A stretch of 64,000 bases of DNA, from positions 19,450-83,449 of IMG/VR virus record IMGVR_UViG_3300009551_000045, one strand, 5' to 3'. A program made the position numbers and the translations under genes. Shown here one piece after another: positions 1-9,707 of the stretch. Below the pieces are notes generated by a model. The model saw nothing but the letters and a program-made list of their open reading frames with translations, did not search any database and had not been told where the DNA came from. Every line of letters begins with the position of its first letter. Position 1 is the first letter of the stretch. This DNA is from a virus. Its lineage: Duplodnaviria; Heunggongvirae; Uroviricota; Caudoviricetes.

Positions 1-820
1 CGCTTGCATATACATTGGCTATCTGTAAATTAGTAGATGCAGTATAAGTGTTGAAGCTTCCTGTTGTAACATATGATCCCGTTAAATTTGATAAAGAACC
101 AGATAATGTATTAATCCTGTTGTCAAAAGAACTTGAATCTATTATATACGAGGATGTAAGCACATAATTGCTTTCAGAAGCAAATATGTTAATTATATTA
201 TTATTTATAGACGATGAAGTTAATAAATAACTAGATGTAAATATATTGAAAGATGAGGTAGAAAGATAGTTGCTTTCAGAAGCATAAACGTTAGATACCT
301 GATTATTAATAGAAGCGTTAAATATATTAAAAGATGAAGTTGTAAGATAGTTACTTTCACTGGAAAATACATTATTGATACTTATATTTAACGAAGATGA
401 GTCATTTAAATAAGAAGATGTAAACGTATTGAAGGATGCAGTAGGTAAGTAATTACTTTCAGAAGAAAATACATTATTGATTTGATTATTAATGGAACTA
501 GTAAATAGATTAAAAGAACTAGTTGATAATAAGGAACCTGTATTTATTAAATCTCCTGAACCAGTTATTGAATTGATTCTAGTATTAAATGAAGCGGAAT
601 CATTTAAATAAGATGAAGTAAATGTGTTGAAGGATGCGGTAGTCGTTAATGATCCAGTATCAATAATACCAGAACTTCCTGTTATTCCTGCAGTGAAATA
701 ATCTTTCATTGCACGATAACTTGTCTGCGTTAAAGATCCTGATACTGGATCTCCTATTAAACCTAAAGATGAATCTAAAATAGATCCTGAGTCTAATTGA
801 TTTATTCTTTTATCTGCCAT
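1..820 (-). CDS. tail-fibre-like protein, N-terminal 273 aa; the gene runs off the window start
   Basis: ATG at 820 on the minus strand with an open frame to position 1. Translation MADKRINQLDSGS... continues with about six tandem ~22-aa units (SSFNIFTSSINNQxxNVFASESNYLxT). Ser/Asn/Thr-rich fibre-like composition. Confidence 0.55.
   Translation of the reverse strand, partial: MADKRINQLDSGSILDSSLGLIGDPVSGSLTQTSYRAMKDYFTAGITGSSGIIDTGSLTTTASFNTFTSSYLNDSASFNTRINSITGSGDLINTGSLLSTSSFNLFTSSINNQINNVFSSESNYLPTASFNTFTSSYLNDSSSLNISINNVFSSESNYLTTSSFNIFNASINNQVSNVYASESNYLSTSSFNIFTSSYLLTSSSINNNIINIFASESNYVLTSSYIIDSSSFDNRINTLSGSLSNLTGSYVTTGSFNTYTASTNLQIANVYAS
100..720. repeat. tandem ~66-bp coding repeats inside the fibre gene
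   Basis: Repeated DNA blocks (e.g. ttgctttcagaagc...aatacattattgat) seen directly; they encode the 22-aa repeat. Confidence 0.6.
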
Positions 821-914
821 TTTATTCTAAGCTATTTTTAATACGATCATCATTATAATTAATAAAATAAAAACTCATCTTGTAGAATTATTATAACCAG
901 ACACGTCCACATTA

Positions 915-1499
915 CTAGGTGCAAGATCCGCCAAAGAAATTCAATCTAAGACCATCTGAATCCACTAAATAATTACCTGAATCGTCTATTAAATCTCCAC
1001 ATGGACTTAATTTTATTTTTTGTATTTTTTTAACAGGAGCATTAACCGGTAAACCTTCTTTAATTTTAAATACCGCTTTTGATAAAAGTTTATTTTGAAT
1101 GGCTTTTGCTCTATTCACACTATCTGGAAGAAGATAACCTTCTACGACCACATTAAAATTCGATCTAACACTTCTGTCTTCTCCTTGAGAATATTCCACT
1201 GTATCGGAAAATGAATCTATAGTTACTCTGAATTTATATCTATCTTTATATCCCCAATATGAATTATTAGCAAAATTGAAGGCTCCTATAACATCATCAC
1301 ATTGTTCAACGCTATTTGTTAATATTGAAGCATTATAAGTTATATTTATATAATCTGGAACTGGAGCTATATGATTTTGCTTAACCGGTATCCTATTCGT
1401 CAATATAGCAAAATTATCATATTGATTTTTTCTAGTATATTGCGTCTGAAAAGATTGATATATGAACTTTATTTCCATCCAATTTATTTCCAAGATCAC
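915..1499 (-). CDS. hypothetical virion-module protein
   Basis: 194-aa ORF co-oriented and tightly packed with structural genes. Confidence 0.4.
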   Translation of the reverse strand: MILEINWMEIKFIYQSFQTQYTRKNQYDNFAILTNRIPVKQNHIAPVPDYINITYNASILTNSVEQCDDVIGAFNFANNSYWGYKDRYKFRVTIDSFSDTVEYSQGEDRSVRSNFNVVVEGYLLPDSVNRAKAIQNKLLSKAVFKIKEGLPVNAPVKKIQKIKLSPCGDLIDDSGNYLVDSDGLRLNFFGGSCT

Positions 1500-1866
1500 T
1501 TCTATTTTGAATTTGATCTCGTTTAAGTAATATCATGGGAAGAAGTACTTTTCCTTCTTTATCTCTCAAAAATCCATTCTTCTGAACTTCATTCCATCTA
1601 TCACCATAAGCAAACTCAACAGGCACACTTATCTGTTGACCATTTTCAATAACAATAGGACAAATAACATTATTTATATAATAAATTATTGCTTCATATA
1701 TATCTATAAGACGAATATTTATCCGTTTTTGGGTATCATCCTTTACCGAAACATCATCTCCTCTATTAGATTCTACATTCGGATTTCCATCTCCCAATAG
1801 ATCATAAGGTTTAATCGTCTCATCTGTAATTTCCGATGGTGTCTTCGGAATTGGTTTAATAGGCAT
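1432..1866 (-). CDS. hypothetical protein
   Basis: 144-aa ORF overlapping its neighbour by 68 nt in another frame; the true start may be internal. Confidence 0.4.
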   Translation of the reverse strand: MPIKPIPKTPSEITDETIKPYDLLGDGNPNVESNRGDDVSVKDDTQKRINIRLIDIYEAIIYYINNVICPIVIENGQQISVPVEFAYGDRWNEVQKNGFLRDKEGKVLLPMILLKRDQIQNRSDLGNKLDGNKVHISIFSDAIY

Positions 1867-2366
1867 TATAATCTATCTTTTGTTATATTTAATTTTGTTG
1901 GTCTTGTATGATGAGTGAACACCGCTATTGACCAGGAAGATCCAAAATTCTTTGTAGCATCACTTAAACTGTATTCTGGATACTTATTACCTAAAATTTG
2001 AGATTCCCCTACTCTATCAACTTCATAATAAATATTCTTCCACATAAGTATATCTCCTGTTTCAGGAACAAGATTAATATCAATTAGATCGTCTCTCAAA
2101 AATCTGAATTCTATTATTTGTCCTCTGTCAGGTCCTGTATCATTATCTGTGGTAGTTTGTTCTTCATCAAACATTAATCCGTTTAAAATAATTCCCGGAT
2201 AATAAAATCTACCTGAATTAGGATCCGTTTCACCATATGCGTTCGTCTTAGTATTAGCCAATGCTATTTTATAGTAAACAATTTCCTCAGAGTCTATCCT
2301 GGAAATCACTTCTCTATTAAGATGCCGAAACATGGATATATCTCTTCCTCCAAAATATAAACTCAT
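1866..2366 (-). CDS. hypothetical protein
   Basis: 166-aa ORF with ATG/stop overlap to its neighbours (operon-like). Confidence 0.45.
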   Translation of the reverse strand: MSLYFGGRDISMFRHLNREVISRIDSEEIVYYKIALANTKTNAYGETDPNSGRFYYPGIILNGLMFDEEQTTTDNDTGPDRGQIIEFRFLRDDLIDINLVPETGDILMWKNIYYEVDRVGESQILGNKYPEYSLSDATKNFGSSWSIAVFTHHTRPTKLNITKDRL

Positions 2367-2740
2367 ATTTTTTCTATTGTTTTGTAATCCGGAGAAATAG
2401 AGGCTACTCCTTTAATTTTTACACTATTATCTTTACTATGAAGTATATCATCTTTTATAGAATCTATTTTTTGTTTTGGATCTGAATTAGTCACAAATTT
2501 TATATCGTATAAATCATAGTTATATTTAGAATTTCTATCACTTAAATTGTCTAACTTTTGTGATTCTATAGATTTTACTATTGTTACACCTTCAATTCCT
2601 CTTATCCTTTCCTCAACTTCATTTTTATTTATCCTCTTATCAGTTTTAACCATCACTTTAATATCATAAGTTTTAAAAGATTTCTTCGCAGAATCTTTCT
2701 TCTTATAAATTGATTCTAATATTTCAACTAATTTTATCAT
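2363..2740 (-). CDS. hypothetical protein
   Basis: 125-aa ORF with 4-nt overlaps to its neighbours. Confidence 0.45.
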   Translation of the reverse strand: MIKLVEILESIYKKKDSAKKSFKTYDIKVMVKTDKRINKNEVEERIRGIEGVTIVKSIESQKLDNLSDRNSKYNYDLYDIKFVTNSDPKQKIDSIKDDILHSKDNSVKIKGVASISPDYKTIEKI

Positions 2741-3903
2741 CCAATATAAATAGGCATTGGAATATTATTTAATGTTTTTCCAATCAATTCTGCCTCAGTG
2801 TTTTTCTTTTGAAGTTGATTCGTTCTTGAAGCTTCTTCTAAATTTGCTCGTAATTGATCTATAAGTTTTTGCATTTCTTCTGTTGCAGCAGCAATTAACG
2901 GAGAACCATTTAAGCTCCATTGATCTTTTAATCCTGGAATTTGATCATTATATTTTTGTCTATTTCTACCTAAAATACATTGTACCAAACATGCTGCATA
3001 TTGAAATATCCATTGCTTAGCTGGATAATTTAAAGTGCTATAGTCTATAGGAGTATATGGTACATTTGAAATATTACTTACAGAACCTGTTGTATTAGAA
3101 TACACCACAGAATTCCTTTCACTCTTCTTAGCATATATAAGCTGAAGATTATGATTAAAAGTAGGAATGGGAAATATTCTAAGTTGATTGTCAACTATAT
3201 TGAATGAAAAAGCAGATTTCCGTATCTGGTCATTAAATTCTATAGCTTGAATAGTAAGAACATCATATTCAATTGGCATTAACATAAAATTGATACCAGG
3301 AGAAAATTGTCCAAATCCAAATGTTTCCATTAAACTTTGTAATCCCGCACCTGTGCCAGCATATGGATCAAAGAAACGTACAATGGCAGGAGGGGCTTCA
3401 AAAAATATACGTTTAACTTCCAAATCCCCCCGAGTTATACCCAAAGAAGATGAGGCCCATCCGTTCAAATCATAAAATTGTTGATTAGCAAAAAGAGGAA
3501 GAGATGCTGTATAATAAGGAGTTGTACCTCCTACTCCGAACTCAGATCCATAAGTATCAGCAATTCTTATTACTGTACCAAGAGAAGGTGTTATAACGGC
3601 ATTATTAAGATTAACATCAGTTGGATTACCCTCCATTGATATATAATTCTCTCTAATCTTATAATCATATAATTCTTTACCATATTCACTAACTGCCTCT
3701 TCAAATGCTTGATAAAAGTTTACATATTGAAGTTCAAGTTGTTCTATAGGATATCCAAGCTTACGAGAGGAATAAATAACAAATTTTGGTCCTTCTGCCT
3801 GGAAGATTGGATCGGAATCATAAAATCCCCATGGAGTATTACCGGAAATAGGTAATACTGGATCAGAATCATTATAAACAGGTATATCTATAGAAGTGGC
3901 CAT
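2737..3903 (-). CDS. hypothetical structural-module protein
   Basis: 388-aa ORF with no recognisable motif. Confidence 0.5.
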   Translation of the reverse strand: MATSIDIPVYNDSDPVLPISGNTPWGFYDSDPIFQAEGPKFVIYSSRKLGYPIEQLELQYVNFYQAFEEAVSEYGKELYDYKIRENYISMEGNPTDVNLNNAVITPSLGTVIRIADTYGSEFGVGGTTPYYTASLPLFANQQFYDLNGWASSSLGITRGDLEVKRIFFEAPPAIVRFFDPYAGTGAGLQSLMETFGFGQFSPGINFMLMPIEYDVLTIQAIEFNDQIRKSAFSFNIVDNQLRIFPIPTFNHNLQLIYAKKSERNSVVYSNTTGSVSNISNVPYTPIDYSTLNYPAKQWIFQYAACLVQCILGRNRQKYNDQIPGLKDQWSLNGSPLIAAATEEMQKLIDQLRANLEEASRTNQLQKKNTEAELIGKTLNNIPMPIYIG

Positions 3904-3956
3904 TATATAGGTTGTTTCCTATATAAATATCAAAAAATCAGTGATATAATATCAAA

Positions 3957-4643
3957 TTAGGAATACTGAGAATAAATATCCAAAATAGGCTCTACAATAG
4001 GATGTCTATGATTCGTTTTAAGCGTTTCTATTGCAAATCCTTTTATAGTATCCAAGTGTTTACAAATGAAATCGAATCCAGAATCTTTTTTATTAGGAAG
4101 ATCTATTTGAGCTGAATCTCCACAAAGAATCATCTTGGATCCAAGACATATCCTTCCTAATAATAATTGCATTTGAGTATGTGTAATATTTTGACTTTCG
4201 TCTGCAATAACACAACAATTAGTGAAATTACGTCCTCTCATGAAAGCCATGGGTAATATCTCTATAAGGCCATCAGAGACCAATTTTTCGATCTTCTGTT
4301 TATCATCGAGTCTATACATATTATCATAAACAGGTGCCGTAAATGGGGCTAATTTTGCGTCTATGGAGCCCGGAAGATATCCAAGTTGTTCACCGGCTGT
4401 AATAGTTGGTCTGGTGATGATAATTTTCTCTACTTCTCTCTTATATAAGAGATCTAATGCTACTTGAGCAGCTAATAAAGACTTACCGGATCCGGCTTGT
4501 CCTTTTAAAACTGTTATCGTATTATTGAGGATAGTTTCTTTTGCTTTTTTCTGTTCTTCGTTGAGAGTTACGTCAAATTTTATAGGGCCTTTTGGTTTTC
4601 TTTTACCTTTGTAGACTTCATCGGAGTGATGATTTGATGTCAT
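3957..4643 (-). CDS. phoH: PhoH-like ATPase
   Basis: Walker A GQAGSGKS; the downstream ITRP..GEQLGYLPG and DESQN-type motifs are typical of the PhoH family. Confidence 0.85.
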   Translation of the reverse strand: MTSNHHSDEVYKGKRKPKGPIKFDVTLNEEQKKAKETILNNTITVLKGQAGSGKSLLAAQVALDLLYKREVEKIIITRPTITAGEQLGYLPGSIDAKLAPFTAPVYDNMYRLDDKQKIEKLVSDGLIEILPMAFMRGRNFTNCCVIADESQNITHTQMQLLLGRICLGSKMILCGDSAQIDLPNKKDSGFDFICKHLDTIKGFAIETLKTNHRHPIVEPILDIYSQYS

Positions 4644-4671
4644 GTAACGTAGTTTGATATAAATATCAATA

Positions 4672-5328
4672 TTATATGTGCCAAATACTAGAAGACCATT
4701 TTTTACGATTTTCTTCCCAAGGTAGCATTTGTAGATTTTCTATTGAAGCTATTTGCTCTTCTGGAATATTCATTTTATATCCATCCTTTATTGATATTTT
4801 ATGATCTACTTGATATGCTCCTGGTACACCAGATTTGCCTCTTTTATTAAAATTTTCAAGAGTTTCTAATGGTTGTTTATATGTAAATCTCCAAACTTTC
4901 AATAAGTATCTTTTAAAATGCTTTAAACTTTCCCAATACTCCTCATAAGACATAAACCCTTCACGAGTAGCAATAGCCTTTAATCTCATCTCCTGAGTTA
5001 GCATATCATTTAATCGTTTTCCATTATCTTTACCTGTACATTTGAGACATGATTTATTTAATCTTATAGATTCGACCATTGTTTTTTTCGAAGTAAAACC
5101 TTGATTTCTATCACACGTAGGACATTTTTTAAAGAATTTTTTATCATAAGTTCTTTTTGTTATTTTAGATTTTTTTCCTTTCAATTCATTTGAATATCTT
5201 TTACCGAGACATTTAAAACAATAAGAATGTCCCTTCTTTTTAAGATTATATTTAGCAGTATCATAGGACCTTTTGGTAGCATATGATTTAGGAGAACCAC
5301 ATCCTGTACAGTTAATAATATATTCCAT
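4672..5328 (-). CDS. HNH endonuclease with N-terminal Cys4 zinc ribbons
   Basis: CTGCG..CFKC..CPTCD..CLKC cysteine pairs; C-terminal QVDHKISIKDGYKMNIPEEQIASIENLQMLPWEENRKK resembles an HNH core (H..N..N). Confidence 0.6.
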   Translation of the reverse strand: MEYIINCTGCGSPKSYATKRSYDTAKYNLKKKGHSYCFKCLGKRYSNELKGKKSKITKRTYDKKFFKKCPTCDRNQGFTSKKTMVESIRLNKSCLKCTGKDNGKRLNDMLTQEMRLKAIATREGFMSYEEYWESLKHFKRYLLKVWRFTYKQPLETLENFNKRGKSGVPGAYQVDHKISIKDGYKMNIPEEQIASIENLQMLPWEENRKKWSSSIWHI

Positions 5329-5378
5329 ATAAATAAATATGGAAAACCATCTAAAGGATTAATGACAATAAAAGAAAT

Positions 5379-5406
5379 AAAAAAAGCCCTCGATTTCTCG
5401 AAGGCT
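5379..5406 (-). terminator. intrinsic terminator after the capsid gene
   Basis: Minus-strand RNA forms gccuucgag/ucgagggc (8-bp stem with one G-U pair) followed by UUUUUUU. Confidence 0.5.
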
Positions 5407-5426
5407 TTAATTTATTGATAATCAAC

Positions 5427-7055
5427 TTATATGAAGTTTGTATCGGCAATATATAATTTTCCATAAAATTCTGGACGGACAATCTTCTTCGCATAACGAG
5501 TCATCAATCCCTTTGAGGGGGTGTACGTGACAGGATCATACACCAGAGGAGTCATGATCAGCGGTATATACGGAGCATATACGGCACCAGTTTCAAGGAA
5601 CTGAGATCCGCGATAACCGATAAGAACACAGTTCTCGGTCATATAAGGATTCTTGAACACTTTCCAACGGCTACTAAGCATACCAGCTTTCTGAACACCC
5701 ATAGCATATTGGAACTTATCACCATTCGTATCAGCAGCATATCCAGGAATAGATTCAAGGACAGTGGAGATAGTCGGAGACAATACCATGAAGTTTGCAC
5801 CTCCACGAAGAGTTTTTTGGTGGATTTTATTAGAAATCTTTTGAACCTTAGTACCAAAAGTTTGGAACCAAGCACCTTGGCTAGTGTATGTAATGCTATC
5901 TGATTGGAATCCGGATAGATCAGCTTTTACAACCTGACCAGGTTTAGCAGACCAATAATCTACTGTAGTAGCATTCTCGATCAACATATCCAATACTTCC
6001 AGGTCAATTTCCATGGAAATATATTCACTCATAATAGAGGTAATTTCAGCCTCAGCATCAAGAGATTGGTATGCATTCAAGTCCTGGCTGAATTCAGGAG
6101 TCCATTTAGCTTTCAATTTACGAGTCTTCGCAGTGATCGTTTCAGAACGAAGATTGATATTGATTTCAGGGATAGCTGCAGAACCAGTCAAAGGACGAAT
6201 CGTAGTATCTTCAAAATCTCCACGAGTATTATCTGTAGGCTGTTTAGCATAAAACAGAGAAGCAGATTGGTTAGTAGCAGAAGCACCACTTACATAGAAA
6301 GTTAACGTATCAGATGAACTAGCATATGTAGTAAATTCAGGAAGCAAATTAGCTTCGCTAATTCCAGAACTAGTAACACTAAATGCACGTACACCATTTA
6401 TATCAAACTGAGGCAACAGTATAGAAGCATTTGACAAATTGTATTTAAAAATTTGACCAGCTAACACAGAAGCACTATAGTTAGAATTAAAGTTAACATC
6501 TGAAAATACTACTGCAGATCCTGATAAAAGATTAACAGAAGATGTGTACTCGTTAACGGAATAACCGAAACGACCAACTCCATAAAGACCGCCAGCGGCA
6601 TCTACATTCTTCAAGTTAGTAACACCATACATTTGATCTCCAATGTTGAAACGAGGAGCACCAAAAGGTTGGTTAGTACCGTACAAGAATTCCAAGAAGA
6701 ATACCAGACCGGAAGGCAAGTTCATAGGTTGAACTGATACAAACTCTTTAGAAGAGATATCAGCGAACACTTTACGAACAAGAGGAAGAGCTACGCCTGC
6801 CCATTGTTCACCTTGACCAGCTGCAAAAGATGCACCTGTACCGGTTTGAGAAGCTTCGGCTACAAGTTGTCTAGCCTGATGTTCCAGGATAAGAGCCATA
6901 CGCTCTTTACCGTACTTAATGGAAGTGATATCTTCACCTTCAAGAAGACCAGTCTTCTCCCATTTTTTAACGTATTTTTGCAATTTTTTGCTCTCGTTGT
7001 GGTAAGGCTTCATTTTACTTTCCACTAAGAGATCATTTAAATTAAATTCACCCAT
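5427..7055 (-). CDS. major capsid protein, T4 gp23-like
   Basis: 542 aa. N-terminal propeptide ends LVAE67/A68, like the gp23 E65/A66 cleavage site. Mature region contains AAGQ...VSVQPM, resembling gp23 AAGQ...CGVQPM. It lies directly after the scaffold and protease genes. Confidence 0.9.
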   Translation of the reverse strand: MGEFNLNDLLVESKMKPYHNESKKLQKYVKKWEKTGLLEGEDITSIKYGKERMALILEHQARQLVAEASQTGTGASFAAGQGEQWAGVALPLVRKVFADISSKEFVSVQPMNLPSGLVFFLEFLYGTNQPFGAPRFNIGDQMYGVTNLKNVDAAGGLYGVGRFGYSVNEYTSSVNLLSGSAVVFSDVNFNSNYSASVLAGQIFKYNLSNASILLPQFDINGVRAFSVTSSGISEANLLPEFTTYASSSDTLTFYVSGASATNQSASLFYAKQPTDNTRGDFEDTTIRPLTGSAAIPEININLRSETITAKTRKLKAKWTPEFSQDLNAYQSLDAEAEITSIMSEYISMEIDLEVLDMLIENATTVDYWSAKPGQVVKADLSGFQSDSITYTSQGAWFQTFGTKVQKISNKIHQKTLRGGANFMVLSPTISTVLESIPGYAADTNGDKFQYAMGVQKAGMLSSRWKVFKNPYMTENCVLIGYRGSQFLETGAVYAPYIPLIMTPLVYDPVTYTPSKGLMTRYAKKIVRPEFYGKLYIADTNFI

Positions 7056-7081
7056 TTTTTTATTCTTTAATAATTTTTTAA

Positions 7082-8149
7082 TTAAAAACGTTTACCAAAA
7101 GCTAGTTCCTGGAATCTTTTATACATTGCATTATCTTCATCTGAAGATTTCTTAGCTGTGGAATTACCTGCAGCTTTAGATGCAAAAGACTCATTTATAG
7201 CCTTCTTATTGTTGTTTGTTTTGTTTTTAGATTTCAATGCACCTGCTACTGTTTCATAAACAAGTTTAGTTTGTTTAACATCGGTACATTTATCAATTTG
7301 CTTTAAGATATTAGCTTTATCTGTTCTAGAGAGACTTTCATTCTCCTTAACAATTCTATTGAAATAAAGAAGCTTAGAATTTGCAAGATTGATATCTTTC
7401 ATCATTGTTCTCATTTCATGAAGTTCAGACTTAACTTTATCAAGTTCAGATTTTTCTTCTTTCTTTTCGTCCAATGGTTTAGTACCTTTCTTTTTGTCTT
7501 TCAATTCGGAAGCGTAAGCTTCGTCAACTTCAGATTTTTCTTCTTCGGAAGAATCACCACCTTCTAGTTCTTTAAGAAGAGCTTCAACGTCAAATTCTTC
7601 ATCAACGTCAAATTCTTTTTCATCTTCACCTTCTTCGGATTTCTTTTCTTCAGAAGGAGCTTTCTTACCTTCGAATTTTTCTTTCAGTCTAAGATATTCT
7701 GCTTTTTCATCTAGATCTTCTTTACCATCTTCGTCATCTTCATCAGACTCTTCTTCTGATTTCTTTTCATCCATAGGCTTATCTTTTTCACCATCTTTTA
7801 GCTCGGAAGCGTAAGCTTCGTCAACTTCAGATTTTTCTTCTTCGCTACTACCTTCCTCAGATTCCAATTCTTTAAGAAGTTCTTCCAGGTTGATACTGTC
7901 TTCATCCATTTCTTCTGATTTTTTTTCTTCTGATGATACTGGTTTTTCTTCTTTCTTTTCATCGATATCTTCATCAGAATCATCCTCGTCGTATTCTTCG
8001 TCAAGATTTTCCTGTAATTTCTTATCGATCATAGAATTCAATTTAGGAGCAAAATGCTCTTCTAAAGTTTGTTTGGCTAATTGAAGTGCGGTCTTTTTAA
8101 CGGCATTTGCGTCAGCAAGTGCTTGTTCAAAAATAGTTTTCTTACTCAT
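7082..8149 (-). CDS. prohead scaffold protein (gp22-like), highly acidic
   Basis: 355 aa, E/D/K/S-rich with predicted coiled coil and an internal duplication (SEEEKSEVDEAYASELKD twice). It sits between the protease and the MCP as in T4. Confidence 0.6.
   Translation of the reverse strand: MSKKTIFEQALADANAVKKTALQLAKQTLEEHFAPKLNSMIDKKLQENLDEEYDEDDSDEDIDEKKEEKPVSSEEKKSEEMDEDSINLEELLKELESEEGSSEEEKSEVDEAYASELKDGEKDKPMDEKKSEEESDEDDEDGKEDLDEKAEYLRLKEKFEGKKAPSEEKKSEEGEDEKEFDVDEEFDVEALLKELEGGDSSEEEKSEVDEAYASELKDKKKGTKPLDEKKEEKSELDKVKSELHEMRTMMKDINLANSKLLYFNRIVKENESLSRTDKANILKQIDKCTDVKQTKLVYETVAGALKSKNKTNNNKKAINESFASKAAGNSTAKKSSDEDNAMYKRFQELAFGKRF
7508..7844. repeat. perfect 40-bp direct repeat inside the scaffold gene (7508-7547 and 7805-7844)
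   Basis: ggaagcgtaagcttcgtcaacttcagatttttcttcttcg occurs twice, 297 bp apart (99 codons). Confidence 0.8.
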
Positions 8150-8308
8150 TTTTTTCCTTAGTATTTAACTTGGGATATGTATATCTATTGGGAGATATAA
8201 GATAAATATAATTTATAGCGGAGATGCTTTATAGGTAGGAAAGCATATTAATTGCTATTAATAAATATGGGAGAAGAATGGCAAAAATAAAAATTTATAA
8301 AAATATTT

Positions 8309-8953
8309 TTATACAACTTTAATTTTGCAAGAACATACCCCTAAATTCATACAAAGTATATCAGTTAATACTTCGTCAACTTTATTAGTTGTTTTTACTA
8401 TTTCCTTTGATTCGTGTATCTTTTCTTTATTCGTTTGAAAGAACGCTCCATGCGTAGATGGGTTAGTAACGGCGTCCCAGCACAGTAGACTGTAGTCATC
8501 ATCAACCTCTACGGTTCCTTCATCTAATTCCGTAACACTTCCTATTCCTCTAGAACTTATGCCTACAGAAAATCCTTTCTTTAGACATTCCTGTAGTATC
8601 TTTCCAGAAGGTGTATCTAATACTTCGACTAATCCCCAAATTTCATCACCTTCCCACCAAATTTCATTGATATGAAGGCATGTATTTTTGAATTCAACTA
8701 CCATTTTATCACTATGATCAAGCTCACCATAAGCACGTTTCTCTGCAATAGGTCCTTCTACATAAGCAGAAATCTCTCTTTCTAGAATAGGTCTGCGATA
8801 TATCCTGGTATTCTCATTCTTAGCATCAGCGCGTTGTAAAATAGTAGGAAAAACCATTCTACCTTCCTTCTGAGATATCGATTCATTGATAGCACGAGGA
8901 CTTAATTTTATAGGTATTGGATCGGATACGATTACAGATTTCTGCTTAGTCAT
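8309..8953 (-). CDS. prohead core protease (T4 gp21 / peptidase U9-like)
   Basis: 214 aa, similar in size to gp21 (212 aa). Conserved AYGELDHSD (His) and GISSRGIGS (Ser) motifs. Positioned between the portal and scaffold genes. Confidence 0.75.
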   Translation of the reverse strand: MTKQKSVIVSDPIPIKLSPRAINESISQKEGRMVFPTILQRADAKNENTRIYRRPILEREISAYVEGPIAEKRAYGELDHSDKMVVEFKNTCLHINEIWWEGDEIWGLVEVLDTPSGKILQECLKKGFSVGISSRGIGSVTELDEGTVEVDDDYSLLCWDAVTNPSTHGAFFQTNKEKIHESKEIVKTTNKVDEVLTDILCMNLGVCSCKIKVV

Positions 8954-9707
8954 CTTTCTTAGCGTTTATTTTCTTTGCATAATGTAATGCTGCATCGAAA
9001 ACATCTTTTTCTTTGTTTATATTGGCTGCGTATGCAAGCATACCAGTCACTTTCGAATGATCTTTTATCTTCCTGGCAAGAGCTTTATAAAGATCCTCTC
9101 CGGAACTATACTTCGATTTGATAGTTTCTTCTGGTTTAAGACCAAGAAGTTTATGAAGCTTTCCTTCTACTGGATGAACTTTAGATACTGTCTTCTTAGA
9201 TTCTTCTAAAGGATATTTTCTAAGATATTCATCTGCTATTTTGTTAGATTCTTTTAATAATTTTATGAATTTCTCTAACTTCTCATCTGCTTTTTTATTA
9301 TCCGTTTGAGTAAAATTAATCTTTAATAAACCTTCATCTATATCATTTAATTTTAAATATCTTAAATCTTCTTTACCTTTTTTAAAAGATTCAGTTATAA
9401 AATTTCCCTTCTCATTGTTTTCTTTTTCGTCTTTTAAATTTTCAATATGTCTCTTTAACATATCAACTAATATTAAACGAGCTGAATCAAAAGAATCAAC
9501 CACTTCAGAAATATCTTTTTTATTATCAGCATCGAAAAATGAATCTAAATCGTTAATTAATAATGTTTTTGTCAATTCAAAAATTTCTTCAAATTTTCTT
9601 TGATCTTTCTCATTAGATAATTTTGGAAGTTTTTGTGCAGCCAATATTAATTCATCAAACTGTTTTTTAAATAATTGTAAATCATCAAACTCATTTTCTC
9701 GTATCAT
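8946..9707 (-). CDS. hypothetical head-module protein
   Basis: 253-aa K/E/D-rich ORF that overlaps the protease start. Confidence 0.45.
   Translation of the reverse strand: MIRENEFDDLQLFKKQFDELILAAQKLPKLSNEKDQRKFEEIFELTKTLLINDLDSFFDADNKKDISEVVDSFDSARLILVDMLKRHIENLKDEKENNEKGNFITESFKKGKEDLRYLKLNDIDEGLLKINFTQTDNKKADEKLEKFIKLLKESNKIADEYLRKYPLEESKKTVSKVHPVEGKLHKLLGLKPEETIKSKYSSGEDLYKALARKIKDHSKVTGMLAYAANINKEKDVFDAALHYAKKINAKKDD

Noticed and set aside
100-720. Possible CRISPR-like array suggested by the regular ~66-bp DNA repeats
   Set aside because: The repeats are in-frame within a continuous ORF and encode a 22-aa protein repeat. There are no unique spacers.
3290-3475. 61-aa plus-strand ORF inside the 388-aa minus-strand gene. 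Similar nested ORFs occur at 5639..5903, 6013..6305, 6804..7028, 7798..8084, 9415..9603, 9956..10750, 28109..28495, 33161..33448, 35063..35245, 41066..41299, 54432..54869, 56402..56857 and 59466..59744
   Set aside because: All are embedded antisense or alternative-frame within long, well-supported genes. They have low-complexity or hydrophobic translations typical of spurious ORFs in AT-rich DNA.
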